This document shows, piece by piece, positions 9,994-19,583 of a stretch of 64,000 nt of DNA. Below the pieces are notes generated by a model. The model was not told the origin of the DNA. It saw only the letters and a list, made by a program, of their open reading frames with translations, and did no database searches. The DNA lies in the IMG/VR virus record IMGVR_UViG_3300034374_012521, positions 1 through 64,000 of that record. One strand, given 5' to 3'. Each line of letters starts with the position of its first letter. Position 1 is the stretch's first letter. The stretch comes from a virus. The position numbers were made by a program, and so were the translations under genes.

Positions 9994-11538
9994 TTAAACA
10001 TTTGCCATTAGGGTGGCTTTAATTCCATTTTCTGGGTGAACTACGTAAGCATGTAATGCTCTTGTTGATCCTTCGTATCCGTGATTGTGATGCCATCTAT
10101 CCGATCCTGAAAGACTTGGCATCTGGAATACTTTCACTCCTTTGTAGTCTTTTACCATTTCGTGGTGTAAGTGACCAGTAAAGAATGCTCTGTGTTTCGT
10201 CTGAGCCCAAAGGTCAGCAGCTTCGTTTGCCATCATGTAAGGAAGATCTTGAAGCTTCATACCATCACCATGTGTGAATCCCATCAAGGTGTTGCCATAG
10301 CTGAAGTATTGTCTGAATTTGTGACATCTGATAACATTTACATCGTCGCAATCCCTATAGTAAGCCCCCAAATATTGTAGCAAGACGTGAGACAGCTTAA
10401 AGTCATGGTTACCTGCGGTGAGGATAATCTCAACATCAGCAACTTGTCTAAGCATATCCAAGAACTCAACCATTAGTTGTTGACCTTCAACCATAATTTG
10501 AATAAATGTTCCATCACAGTCTTGTGGGGTTCCTTTTGTTGTGGTTCCTCCCATAGTGTCTACGTGGAAGAAGTCAGAACCAACAGGAACTATAATTTTC
10601 TCGATATTGTATTTTACGATATCCGGGATTAGCTCCTTGGTCTTTTGGATAAGAAGATCTCGAGCCATTTGTCGATTGTATTCTTCTCTTACTTCTCCAG
10701 ACCAAGCATATTTACCATAGTGCAAATCAAACGGTGACATTACTAAAGCATGTTTGTCCCCTTTGGGAAGATCCAATTTTGGAACCTTATATTTAGCAAA
10801 GACCTGTTCTAGTTTTTCAGCAAGTGGGTTTAAGGTCAGACCCTTAAAAGCCCACCAGTTGTTGGCTGCGTCTTTGATAAGCTTTTCTTCCTGTCTAGTG
10901 TATTTTTGGAAGAACGAGAACTTTCTTTTCTGCAATGCATCTTGAACCATTTCATCCTCACCCCTTGCAAACATTTCTTCATCAGTGTAAGGTTCTGAAT
11001 CGTGTGTCCAACCCATTATAGATTTAAGGGCAATGAAAATGTTGCGCGGGATTTCGAAGTTCCTACAGATCTCATTGATGGTTTCTGGAGAGCCGTCAAG
11101 GTTAGAATACCTAGACTTCATATCTCTGATAATAGTTCCGGTAAACTTATACGGCTTGTTTTTGATGTAAACAATGTAAAGGTCTTTGGACTCGTCAAAA
11201 TAATAAGCAGAGCTGTGCTTGTATTTTTTGTATGCTGTCTGTGCTAGTTCCCTTTCCTCTTTCTCCTCAATTTCAATTTGTTCTTCGCTTATCTCAGACT
11301 CTGCATCAAACTTCTTTTGAATCTCCTGTTCTAGGTCAGTGTTGTCATCAACTACTGGTGTTTGTAAGTGGACTGAGATTGCTCTTCTTAAACTGTCAAT
11401 GTGGGAGGCTCCTAAATCGATCGAATGCTTTTTTACAATTTCTCTAGCAATTTCTGAATGGTTAAGGCCTTTTTTAAGAAGCTGAATTATTTCGTTCTCA
11501 AACTTATTGACTATTTCTCTTAGAGACAATTTACTCAT
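9994..11538 (-). CDS. calcineurin-like metallophosphoesterase/nuclease with N-terminal HTH-like region
   Basis: DLHYG, GSDFFH, GNHD, THGD, GHLHH motifs. Confidence 0.8.
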   Translation of the reverse strand: MSKLSLREIVNKFENEIIQLLKKGLNHSEIAREIVKKHSIDLGASHIDSLRRAISVHLQTPVVDDNTDLEQEIQKKFDAESEISEEQIEIEEKEERELAQTAYKKYKHSSAYYFDESKDLYIVYIKNKPYKFTGTIIRDMKSRYSNLDGSPETINEICRNFEIPRNIFIALKSIMGWTHDSEPYTDEEMFARGEDEMVQDALQKRKFSFFQKYTRQEEKLIKDAANNWWAFKGLTLNPLAEKLEQVFAKYKVPKLDLPKGDKHALVMSPFDLHYGKYAWSGEVREEYNRQMARDLLIQKTKELIPDIVKYNIEKIIVPVGSDFFHVDTMGGTTTKGTPQDCDGTFIQIMVEGQQLMVEFLDMLRQVADVEIILTAGNHDFKLSHVLLQYLGAYYRDCDDVNVIRCHKFRQYFSYGNTLMGFTHGDGMKLQDLPYMMANEAADLWAQTKHRAFFTGHLHHEMVKDYKGVKVFQMPSLSGSDRWHHNHGYEGSTRALHAYVVHPENGIKATLMANV

Positions 11539-11655
11539 TATTCTTTGTGATATTTGTCCTTACGGTTTAGGTAAGGAATTTTCTAATATATGGGCGTTTC
11601 TTAAAAAGATTTCGGTCTACCTTCTAATTATATAACCCAATAAGATTAGATGCAC

Positions 11656-11684
11656 AAAAAAGGCCTGATTTCTCAGACCCTTTT
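11656..11684 (-). terminator. intrinsic terminator
   Basis: AGGGUCUGA/UCAGGCCU hairpin followed by a U-run. Confidence 0.7.
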
Positions 11685-11704
11685 GTTTTATTAACCCCCG
11701 GAAT

Positions 11705-11971
11705 TTATTCTTTGCTTTCTTTAGTAATTGCACCAACTATTTCCATTAATCCAATTTCTTTTTCAAGCTCCGTAAAGTACTCAGTAATATATTTACATTT
11801 TTCATACTCCTCCGTTGATTCATAATAGCCAAGAAGAGAAGTTTTAATAGCCTCCCTTTTCTCTATGAGTCTTGGGTGCAAGATAGCCTTCGTCCCCATG
11901 GTTTCCATACGACGAATAGCATTCTCGTAAATATTTCTTTCTATTTTCTTTGGTGCTTGGTCCAATTCCAT
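11705..11971 (-). CDS. small UVR-motif-like protein
   Basis: YYESTEEYEKCKYI motif. Confidence 0.6.
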   Translation of the reverse strand: MELDQAPKKIERNIYENAIRRMETMGTKAILHPRLIEKREAIKTSLLGYYESTEEYEKCKYITEYFTELEKEIGLMEIVGAITKESKE

Positions 11972-11974
11972 CTT

Positions 11975-12172
11975 TTATATTTGGGTGTAATTCTCGTCCT
12001 CTTTCAATATTTCAAAAAGGTCGTGACATTTTTCATATTCTTCAAACTCTTCTAGTATAGTTAAGCAATCCTTCGAATTCTCAAGCAACGTGCTCTTTAA
12101 CCCAAACTTTACAATATTTGAGTAAATGCTAAGTGCCCAGTTTAATTCATCTATAGTTCGAAGAGTTTTCAT
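11975..12172 (-). CDS. small UVR-motif-like protein
   Basis: LEEFEEYEKCHDL motif. Confidence 0.55.
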   Translation of the reverse strand: MKTLRTIDELNWALSIYSNIVKFGLKSTLLENSKDCLTILEEFEEYEKCHDLFEILKEDENYTQI

Positions 12173-12200
12173 GATTTCCCATTCAAACTATATATTTCAA

Positions 12201-12425
12201 TTAGCTCAAAAAAGAGAAAGCATCTGGTCCTTTTTGGAAAGGTACCCCTGACATGTTTGGTCCGTTATATTCAACCATAAGGAGTCTGTCGCCTTCTTTA
12301 TTACCGTAAACACTTAGAACTTTTACAGTTTTATTGGTTGCATTTTCTCTTAAAATATCGCCTCTGGATACCTTTATCCCATTTACCTGGGCAGAGTTGG
12401 TTAAGAAATATTCGCTTTTGTCCAT
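12201..12425 (-). CDS. hypothetical protein
   Basis: 74-aa ORF overlapping the upstream gene end. Confidence 0.5.
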   Translation of the reverse strand: MDKSEYFLTNSAQVNGIKVSRGDILRENATNKTVKVLSVYGNKEGDRLLMVEYNGPNMSGVPFQKGPDAFSFLS

Positions 12426-12718
12426 GTTTCAAATTCTTTTATTAAAGTTTTTACCTCTCCACAAGTTTCGTATCTTTCAAGCTCTTCAGACCAAAGCAGG
12501 AAGTTGTTAAGAAAAGTACCATAGTCTTCTTTTTTTATGATGATAGAATAACCATCATCGTTATCCAAACCTTCTTCATCCAAATGGAAAATGATTACAA
12601 ATGAATATCTTTTCTTGACGCCCTTCTTTATTTTTTGGAAAATGATCTTCCAGAATGTATCCTTTTCATCAAAGGACATGTCATCACTAAATATTAGGTT
12701 GTCTTGTGGATCTTGCAT
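12401..12718 (-). CDS. small UVR-motif-like protein
   Basis: WSEELERYETCGEV motif. Confidence 0.55.
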   Translation of the reverse strand: MQDPQDNLIFSDDMSFDEKDTFWKIIFQKIKKGVKKRYSFVIIFHLDEEGLDNDDGYSIIIKKEDYGTFLNNFLLWSEELERYETCGEVKTLIKEFETWTKANIS

Positions 12719-12722
12719 TTTA

Positions 12723-13793
12723 TTATTTTTCTAGCTCTACCTCTTCTATTCCAGGAGATAGAATGTTACCCATAAAAGCCGTAATTAAATAGGGGTCTGC
12801 GTTAGATCCTGGTCTTCTATCCTCTAGGTATCCTATCCAATTCTTTTCTGTGTCTAGAGGGATTCTAATTGATGCCCCTCTATCACTCACACCCCAAGAG
12901 AACTTTTCAATGCTTTGTGTTTCGTGGTTTCCAGTTAACCTTTGGTCATTGTCCGACCCGTAGATTTTAATGGCTTCCAAATGCTTACTCTCCATATCTT
13001 TGAAGAGCCTTTCGAAGTATTCCTTTCCACCAGTGGTTCTCATAACCTCGTCTGAGAAGTTTACATGCATTCCAGAACCATTCCAGTCTTCTTCTGCACC
13101 CATTGGTTTGGGGTGGTAATCAACTTTAACCCTATATTTTTCTGCAATTCTACTTAGCAGAAATCTAGAAACCCAAAGATCGTCTCCTGCGTTTTTATTT
13201 CCTTTGGAAAAAACTTGATATTCCCATTGTCCAAGCATAACCTCAGCGTTTGTTCCGGTAATATTAATTCCACAAGATAGACATGCGTCCATATGCTCTT
13301 CTGAGATCTCCCTTCCTGCACTATATGGATGACCAACTGAACAATAGTACTTTCCTTGTTTTTCTGGTGTGTTGAAATTTTCAAACCCTAGGGGCTTGTC
13401 ATCCTTTCTATTGTGCCACCTTAGAACATACTCTTGTTCAAAGCCAAACCAGTGTCCTTCAGTATCCACGTTGATTGAAGATCTTGTATTGGTTTCGTGT
13501 GGGGTTCCATCAGGATTCATTACTTCGCATAATACCAAATATGAGAAACCCCCTCTTAGTGGGTCTTGGTATAATTTAACTGGTTTAAGTATGCAATCAG
13601 ATGAGCTTCCCTCTGCTTGGTTGGTTGAGCTACCGTCAAAAGACCAAGAGGGGATGTCTTCTAATTTTGGCATCATTAAAGCTAGAGGATTCTCGATGCT
13701 ATCAGCTCCGAAATCCAATACTTTTACTTTTGACCTTAAATTAGGTTCTGGTTTATAACCATCTAGCCAGATGTATTCGAGTTTAATCTTCAT
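12723..13793 (-). CDS. glnII: glutamine synthetase type II
   Basis: LEYIWLDG, WSFDGSST.QAEG, GFEQEY, NAEVMLGQWEYQ, DWNGSGMH, YLEDRRP.SNADPY; 356 aa. Confidence 0.93.
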   Translation of the reverse strand: MKIKLEYIWLDGYKPEPNLRSKVKVLDFGADSIENPLALMMPKLEDIPSWSFDGSSTNQAEGSSSDCILKPVKLYQDPLRGGFSYLVLCEVMNPDGTPHETNTRSSINVDTEGHWFGFEQEYVLRWHNRKDDKPLGFENFNTPEKQGKYYCSVGHPYSAGREISEEHMDACLSCGINITGTNAEVMLGQWEYQVFSKGNKNAGDDLWVSRFLLSRIAEKYRVKVDYHPKPMGAEEDWNGSGMHVNFSDEVMRTTGGKEYFERLFKDMESKHLEAIKIYGSDNDQRLTGNHETQSIEKFSWGVSDRGASIRIPLDTEKNWIGYLEDRRPGSNADPYLITAFMGNILSPGIEEVELEK

Positions 13794-13870
13794 GAATAAG
13801 TTGTTATTTTTTTGCTCCTTGTTTATATACCAAGAGTCAAAAAGATTTTCGACTTATTTCTTAGAAAATT

Positions 13871-14059
13871 TTATGGCTGTTTTGACTGAAGTCCCCCAGC
13901 TTTTTTGCTGAAGTCTTCGTATTGAATGATTTTTCCTGTTGTCCCCCTCTCTAAACCAAGGGATCCTTTTTCAGTACCGAAAGTTCTTTCATCAAACCAC
14001 TTGACAAAGTTATCGATTGTTTTGAATTTTTTATTGGGTTCTACTACTGGAAGTGACAT
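13871..14059 (-). CDS. hypothetical protein
   Basis: 62-aa ORF. Confidence 0.5.
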   Translation of the reverse strand: MSLPVVEPNKKFKTIDNFVKWFDERTFGTEKGSLGLERGTTGKIIQYEDFSKKAGGLQSKQP

Positions 14060-14071
14060 AATGTTTTTCTT

Positions 14072-14455
14072 TTATTTATCAAGAAGGAACATTTTGGTCA
14101 AAATACCAACTAATGCCGAGAAGATGATCCAAAGAGTTTTAGTAACAGTGCCTTTCCATTTAACCAGCTCGGAATGCTCCATGAGCATTTCCTTGAAGTC
14201 TTTTTCGTCTTCCTCTTGAGATTCCCTGTACTTAGTGTTTTCGTTAACCTTAACGATGACACCATCGTCTGGGTCCAGCAATTTTTTTTTTAGGTCCGAT
14301 AGATCTTTCTTCATATCGGCCTGAGATTGCTTGAGTTCCTCGATGTTCATTTGGATGATTTTAAGTTCCCCGTTAGGTAACTTTGTCCTCATGGTAGACA
14401 ATTCATCCAGAATGTCCTGCATTAAATCGGTTACTTGTTTTTTATTATCAGCCAT
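14072..14455 (-). CDS. coiled-coil protein with C-terminal TM helix
   Basis: Heptad-rich; TLWIIFSALVGIL; preceded by GATATATAG. Confidence 0.6.
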   Translation of the reverse strand: MADNKKQVTDLMQDILDELSTMRTKLPNGELKIIQMNIEELKQSQADMKKDLSDLKKKLLDPDDGVIVKVNENTKYRESQEEDEKDFKEMLMEHSELVKWKGTVTKTLWIIFSALVGILTKMFLLDK

Positions 14456-14542
14456 GCTTTTACTTTGGTTCATTCCCCAACAACCCAAAATAAAGCATAC
14501 TATATATCACCCCTGGGGGTAATCAAGGCTGACAAAAGAAGG

Positions 14543-14755
14543 TTATGATTTATTATAAGATGGCTGAATATCCACCATAGAATCCTCTATGATAATAAAG
14601 GAGTCTACTGTTTCCTTTGGTGTTTCAAGAATGAAAAAACCATAGCAGTCTTTTCGATTTACCGAGTCCTTTATTATACGGGACCCGTAAAATCTAATAA
14701 GCTCACAAGTTTCTATATGAGCTTGAGCGGTTTGTGTTTTAATAGAAATTTTCAA
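14543..14755 (-). CDS. hypothetical protein
   Basis: 70-aa ORF abutting its neighbour. Confidence 0.45.
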   Translation of the reverse strand: MKISIKTQTAQAHIETCELIRFYGSRIIKDSVNRKDCYGFFILETPKETVDSFIIIEDSMVDIQPSYNKS

Positions 14756-15031
14756 CTACTCAAGTATTGCACGACTTACATCGTCAATGTGGACTATCAT
14801 GTATTCGTCATCGTTAGTTAGGTGCAACAAAACTTCTTCGGAGGTCATGCTTCCAACCAAGATTGCATTTTCTCCTTCAAAGGTAAATTCTATCCCTAGA
14901 TGATCGGTCTCAAGTTTGGATCTTCTAATCCATTTGCTTTGGTTCCTCAAAAACTGATCACCATAGTACTTTCTCATGGAGTCTGTTGGCTCCTTGATTT
15001 TTCTCCTTCTTTTGCCTGATAAACTTGCCAT
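14756..15031 (-). CDS. hypothetical protein
   Basis: 91-aa ORF. Confidence 0.55.
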   Translation of the reverse strand: MASLSGKRRRKIKEPTDSMRKYYGDQFLRNQSKWIRRSKLETDHLGIEFTFEGENAILVGSMTSEEVLLHLTNDDEYMIVHIDDVSRAILE

Positions 15032-15032
15032 T

Positions 15033-15980
15033 TTAGTTGTAGTATCCTTTTTCTTTTAACATGTCTAAATGTTGTATGATTTTTTCCAATTCTTGTTCCC
15101 TCTTTTCCCCATGCAACACCTTAATCAAATTTTTATCCTTTGGAATTTTATAAAAATCCCCATTTAGAGTATCCTGTTCTACTTCGGTTTCGAAAAAATG
15201 CTTCACCGTGTTATGTCCATCATTGATGTTTATGTAGCTCATTGGCAAACCCCCACCTCCATATTTCCAGATCAAGACGTTCATAGGGGTTTCGTCTTGG
15301 AATGGTGAGTAGTGGTACACATCAACAACCTTCCACATCACATGCAGAAATTCTTCAAGTATAGTGAAGAAATTTTTACAAGACCTGTTGAAGATAAAAA
15401 GGTTCCCTGTCCTATATTCATCCCTCTGCTCAGCAGAAACCTGTAGAAATTGCATCAAAGGCCATTCAAGAGTTTTTGTTAAATCGCATTCTGGCCAGCA
15501 CCCCTCAAAAGGATTACCTCTCATAACACCATCATCGTCAGGTACCATAACGAATTCGTGTGGTCCCTTGGTTGCTAATGGTATATTTTTTATCCTGCTT
15601 GAGTAATCGAAGATCTCATCAATGTTCGGACAGGCAATACTATCACCATCGATATAGCAAGCTTCGTCATAACCAAGGTCGATTGTTTTTAAACATGCCT
15701 CGCTTTTCCTTGTCATGACCTGGAAGCTTCTTGGGTTTCTTCTATTTACATAAAAATTACCTCCCCCCTCATTTTGGAAGCTCTCACCATCCTCATATAG
15801 ATCATAGTTTATTCTATGGAAATAAACACCCTCCGGCATTTCCAACCCAAGATCAGCCGGAAAGTAATTAATGCAAAATATGTTTACGTCATAATTAGAA
15901 TAGCGTTTCAGGCTTTTCGCTAACCATAGCGCTAGGTAATGGTAATTTTCGGTTGTGATAGAAACGTAGGATCTTCTCAT
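15033..15980 (-). CDS. GT-A fold glycosyltransferase (GT8-like)
   Basis: YIDGDS (DxD), QDETPMN, VLHGEK. Confidence 0.7.
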   Translation of the reverse strand: MRRSYVSITTENYHYLALWLAKSLKRYSNYDVNIFCINYFPADLGLEMPEGVYFHRINYDLYEDGESFQNEGGGNFYVNRRNPRSFQVMTRKSEACLKTIDLGYDEACYIDGDSIACPNIDEIFDYSSRIKNIPLATKGPHEFVMVPDDDGVMRGNPFEGCWPECDLTKTLEWPLMQFLQVSAEQRDEYRTGNLFIFNRSCKNFFTILEEFLHVMWKVVDVYHYSPFQDETPMNVLIWKYGGGGLPMSYININDGHNTVKHFFETEVEQDTLNGDFYKIPKDKNLIKVLHGEKREQELEKIIQHLDMLKEKGYYN

Positions 15981-17518
15981 TTCTTTATTTGGTATAATGC
16001 TATTTCTTTTTGGATAGAATCGAACACTCTGATTACGTCGTTGTTTTGGAAGTTGTCAGTAGAAACCCAGTATTCCAAGGTACGGGCTGTGTTTGGGATA
16101 TCCCATTTAAGTATTTGATCACATCCTCTATAAAGAACTAAAGTTATATCCCCCAAAGAATCCACAAGGGGTTTGAAATATAAACAGCCCCCTTTTAATT
16201 CCCACCTACCTATTTTTCCACCGACGAAGGGTTTAAGCAAAGTGATGCTTTCAATCATGTCGTTTTTGGTATAAGGGGTCACGTGGGCTATAAAATCACC
16301 AGGTTCCCACAGGTTTTTATTTATGTGTGGGAAAGCATCAATGGTGTAAGGATTATTTGTGGGCCAGAATCTGTTAAAAAGTTTCTCCTCTATCAAACCG
16401 ATTCCATCTCTCCACCTATCTTTTTTCAAAGACATTCTCATCTGCCTCGTTTCGTGATCAAATTCATTTATGTCCATCCCTTCGGGCCAATCCGGGGATT
16501 CCCATATTTCTGTCAAGAAATCGATAGATTCCTGACAGTTTTTTATTAATATCTGGGATGACATTATGTTATCGTTGTAGGTACTTCCGGTTAGATTGTT
16601 ATCTGGTGCTCCTCCACCTATAGGCAGTATAATAAACTTATCCTCCTGTATGAAAGACTCTAGTTTAATAGAAGGATTCGTAATTAAACAACCAAAGTCA
16701 ATGAAGAAAAACCAGTCAGATTTCTCTTTTTCTATAAGTTGTCTAAGAATCTTTATCTTTCCCCATTGTGGATTTCTACCCTCTAGGAAATCGTCGCCCA
16801 TCAGGAATCCTATGTGGTTATAACCGTTTAATTGACAATAATCCTTAAAATTGCTGTTTATTGTATGATCAGCCACCTCAGAATATTCCTCATTGTACAG
16901 GGACACAACAGATATGCTCACACCTCTCTCAAAGATAAAATTTTCTGGAATATCAGAAGTCAATCTGTATCCTAATGAGATAAGTCTGTCTTTTAGTTTG
17001 TAAAAACCCCCGCTTGAATCGTTCACATAATGACCCTCACAATACTCGAATGCTATTTTATCTGGTAGGACTTTTCCATAATCTAGTAATGAGTTTATTA
17101 TGTCGATATCAATACCCTCTAGGTCTGTTTTAAATATACCAATCTCGGTAATTGAATATTCCTCTATAATTTCACCTATGGTAACAGTTCTAACCCGTAT
17201 CTCCTCATATAGATGTTGTAGATTCCTTTCTTCTAACTCCCTTAACACAAATGGGTGTGGAGATCCCAACCTTGAGCAGGCTCTTAGCCAATTTGGGAGA
17301 TTATAATCGTTTACTGTTTTTTCAGGTAATGTGTAAATGGTGTCTTCACCGCTAGAGTCAGAGACCACCGCATTTAGCTTCTTTACATTTGGTCTATCTG
17401 GTAGCTTGTCAAGATACTCTGGGATAGCCTCTATGCTCAGTCCCCTTTCTTCATCCTTGCACGATTGGAGCAGGGTTGTGAAATCACACGTTCCTATTTC
17501 TATAAAATCGTATCTCAT
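15977..17518 (-). CDS. FkbM-type methyltransferase fused to a GT34-like glycosyltransferase
   Basis: N-half DFIEIG...KTDLEGID; C-half WGKI...DWFFFID...PGDFIAH. Confidence 0.7.
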   Translation of the reverse strand: MRYDFIEIGTCDFTTLLQSCKDEERGLSIEAIPEYLDKLPDRPNVKKLNAVVSDSSGEDTIYTLPEKTVNDYNLPNWLRACSRLGSPHPFVLRELEERNLQHLYEEIRVRTVTIGEIIEEYSITEIGIFKTDLEGIDIDIINSLLDYGKVLPDKIAFEYCEGHYVNDSSGGFYKLKDRLISLGYRLTSDIPENFIFERGVSISVVSLYNEEYSEVADHTINSNFKDYCQLNGYNHIGFLMGDDFLEGRNPQWGKIKILRQLIEKEKSDWFFFIDFGCLITNPSIKLESFIQEDKFIILPIGGGAPDNNLTGSTYNDNIMSSQILIKNCQESIDFLTEIWESPDWPEGMDINEFDHETRQMRMSLKKDRWRDGIGLIEEKLFNRFWPTNNPYTIDAFPHINKNLWEPGDFIAHVTPYTKNDMIESITLLKPFVGGKIGRWELKGGCLYFKPLVDSLGDITLVLYRGCDQILKWDIPNTARTLEYWVSTDNFQNNDVIRVFDSIQKEIALYQIKK

Positions 17519-18310
17519 CTAGATGTTTTTTTGCTTTAGAATTGCCTTTTGGCTGTTAAAACAATGTAGAGAAACTATGTGCATTGCATAGTAACCGGGA
17601 ACTACATTTTCCCAAGACTTGTCCCTTTTTTTCATTTCTTCAATAACCCATAGCACCTTTCTGCAGGCAAGATAGATGTCATCTCTAAAATGTCTCATGA
17701 TGTCGCATGATCTTATAAAATAAGAAACGTGAAGGAAATCTCCTCTTCTCATGAAATGATATCCTATGGTACATGGGACTCTTTCCTTGTGATGAGCTCC
17801 AGTATCCTCTGGAAACCAAATGGGTAGAAACGCTTGTCTTGTAAAAGGTTCTCTTTCTAAAAGATCCAAGACATCATTAAAATCCCCATATTCATACCTA
17901 ATACCCTTCAGGATTTGCTTGGTGAGTTTACCGGTAGAATTATTTATTGGAGCTTTCTTTGGCCAAATTCTTTCTGGGTATGTGTGAGAAAACTTTTCTT
18001 CCTTCTTGAATTCGCTATTTTTGTTCTGGTTGAAAGGCCACCATTCGTTTGACGGTGGAGGGTTAAGAGGTACTCCACCAACTCTTTCGTCAAAGTGATT
18101 GTCCGCCCATGGTAAATTTGGTTTAATTTCTTTTACAAGTTCCTCAATCGTAGGTGGAATGAACATTTGGAATGAGTGATTCATTACTTCCCACATGTCA
18201 TCGGGGGATACCACTCCTTGCCATCTTTCTGTTTTTACGACAGATCCATAATCATAAAGTCTCTTTTTTGACCATTCAATAGCTTCCGACGGCTTGTAAA
18301 ATGTTTTCAT
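17519..18310 (-). CDS. thymidylate synthase-family protein, dCMP hydroxymethylase-like
   Basis: TRQA, VPCT, RSCD...FRDD, SLH; Asp at the dUMP/dCMP specificity position. Confidence 0.8.
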   Translation of the reverse strand: MKTFYKPSEAIEWSKKRLYDYGSVVKTERWQGVVSPDDMWEVMNHSFQMFIPPTIEELVKEIKPNLPWADNHFDERVGGVPLNPPPSNEWWPFNQNKNSEFKKEEKFSHTYPERIWPKKAPINNSTGKLTKQILKGIRYEYGDFNDVLDLLEREPFTRQAFLPIWFPEDTGAHHKERVPCTIGYHFMRRGDFLHVSYFIRSCDIMRHFRDDIYLACRKVLWVIEEMKKRDKSWENVVPGYYAMHIVSLHCFNSQKAILKQKNI

Positions 18311-18368
18311 CTAATAGTTATTGTATCCCTCTTACTTAATTATCTTTTCTAGGTTTCCTCTTTTTGGA

Positions 18369-18905
18369 TTAAACCTCAAATAAATTCCCACTGTGGAATT
18401 TCTCCTTTATTTCACCCTTAAACATTGTACCCGGTTTAACATAAAAATCAGAAACAGTAACTTTTTCAAAATGTTTGAAACCTTTTTGCCTTAATATTTT
18501 TTCTCCCTCTTCTTTTTCAAAAGAGTTGGGAAATTGTACACTAATGATCTCAGTTCCCCATCTGGAGGAATTGAATCCACTTAACACCCTTGATGGAAAT
18601 TCTACGTTTTTAATGAGAAGAATCTTTACCTCGGTGACGTTGGTTCTTTCAAGGAACCCGTCAATGGTAACCCCGTCTTTTTTCTCACAATCAATAAGCT
18701 TTGCTAATCTTCTATAGAGTCTTAGCTTAATAAATTCTTCCTCGTCCGGCTGTAAGCAAAGAACCTTCCAGTTTCTTGTTTCGTATTCATATAAATGATT
18801 TTCGAAAGCATAATTATCTGTTGCACCGTATTCCACGCAACCAGACCTAAATTGGTCGGGGTCAATCAGTTGTACAAGACGGTCACAGATTAAAATTTCT
18901 CCCAT
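18369..18905 (-). CDS. degenerate FkbM-like methyltransferase
   Basis: G.VEYGATD.....YE...W..LCLQP resembles the FkbM N-terminus. Confidence 0.45.
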   Translation of the reverse strand: MGEILICDRLVQLIDPDQFRSGCVEYGATDNYAFENHLYEYETRNWKVLCLQPDEEEFIKLRLYRRLAKLIDCEKKDGVTIDGFLERTNVTEVKILLIKNVEFPSRVLSGFNSSRWGTEIISVQFPNSFEKEEGEKILRQKGFKHFEKVTVSDFYVKPGTMFKGEIKEKFHSGNLFEV

Positions 18906-18964
18906 AAAAAAAGCAAGTTTGAATTTATACAACAAACTTGCTTTAAAATTTCAGCTTTTCCTAA

Positions 18965-19549
18965 TTATTCACAGGTAGTAAGCTTGTAATCTCTAAAAGA
19001 GCTTTTGGTTGGTTTGGAGTTTGGGAAATAGTAGCATTCAAGCAAGGAGCCTTCAAAGAAAATTTTCTTGGTAAATCCAGTGGGTACGGTTGCTCCTGTT
19101 GGTAATATCTCAGGGTTGTCATAATGGACCTTGATAATTACACACACCTCTCCTTCGTTTGCAAGTTCTCTTTCGTATGCCTCAAGCAGTCTCCAGAGTC
19201 CCCTATTTAAATCTTGGTGCTGCAGTGCACAGTTTAGATACGAAAAAGTCTGCTTTAGCATTTCTTTTGTACAATTAAAGTCTGCAGCAGGAGCCATATG
19301 TCCCTTATCCCAAACATTCGATTTGTAATCAGCATTGTCCGAGGTTAGAACTGAATCATTTTTATAAAAGTTCATACCCTTCCTCGATGCGTTACCGTTA
19401 GGACAAAGAACTTTGTATTCAACCAAAAGTGGCTGTTCTAGGACTTCCGAATATGTAACAGTATAGATTCCAGCATTAATGTTCACTTCCTCCCTTTGAG
19501 CAAAAATAACGGTTGGAAGTAATAGTAGCAGGACTAAAATTTTTCTCAT
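18965..19549 (-). CDS. secreted DNA/RNA non-specific endonuclease (NucA/EndoG family)
   Basis: Signal peptide; DKGHMAPAADF, TFSYLNC.LQ...LN...W..LE. Confidence 0.9.
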   Translation of the reverse strand: MRKILVLLLLLPTVIFAQREEVNINAGIYTVTYSEVLEQPLLVEYKVLCPNGNASRKGMNFYKNDSVLTSDNADYKSNVWDKGHMAPAADFNCTKEMLKQTFSYLNCALQHQDLNRGLWRLLEAYERELANEGEVCVIIKVHYDNPEILPTGATVPTGFTKKIFFEGSLLECYYFPNSKPTKSSFRDYKLTTCE

Positions 19550-19583
19550 TGCAAAAATTTTTCCTCTATATATTTAAGATTGT

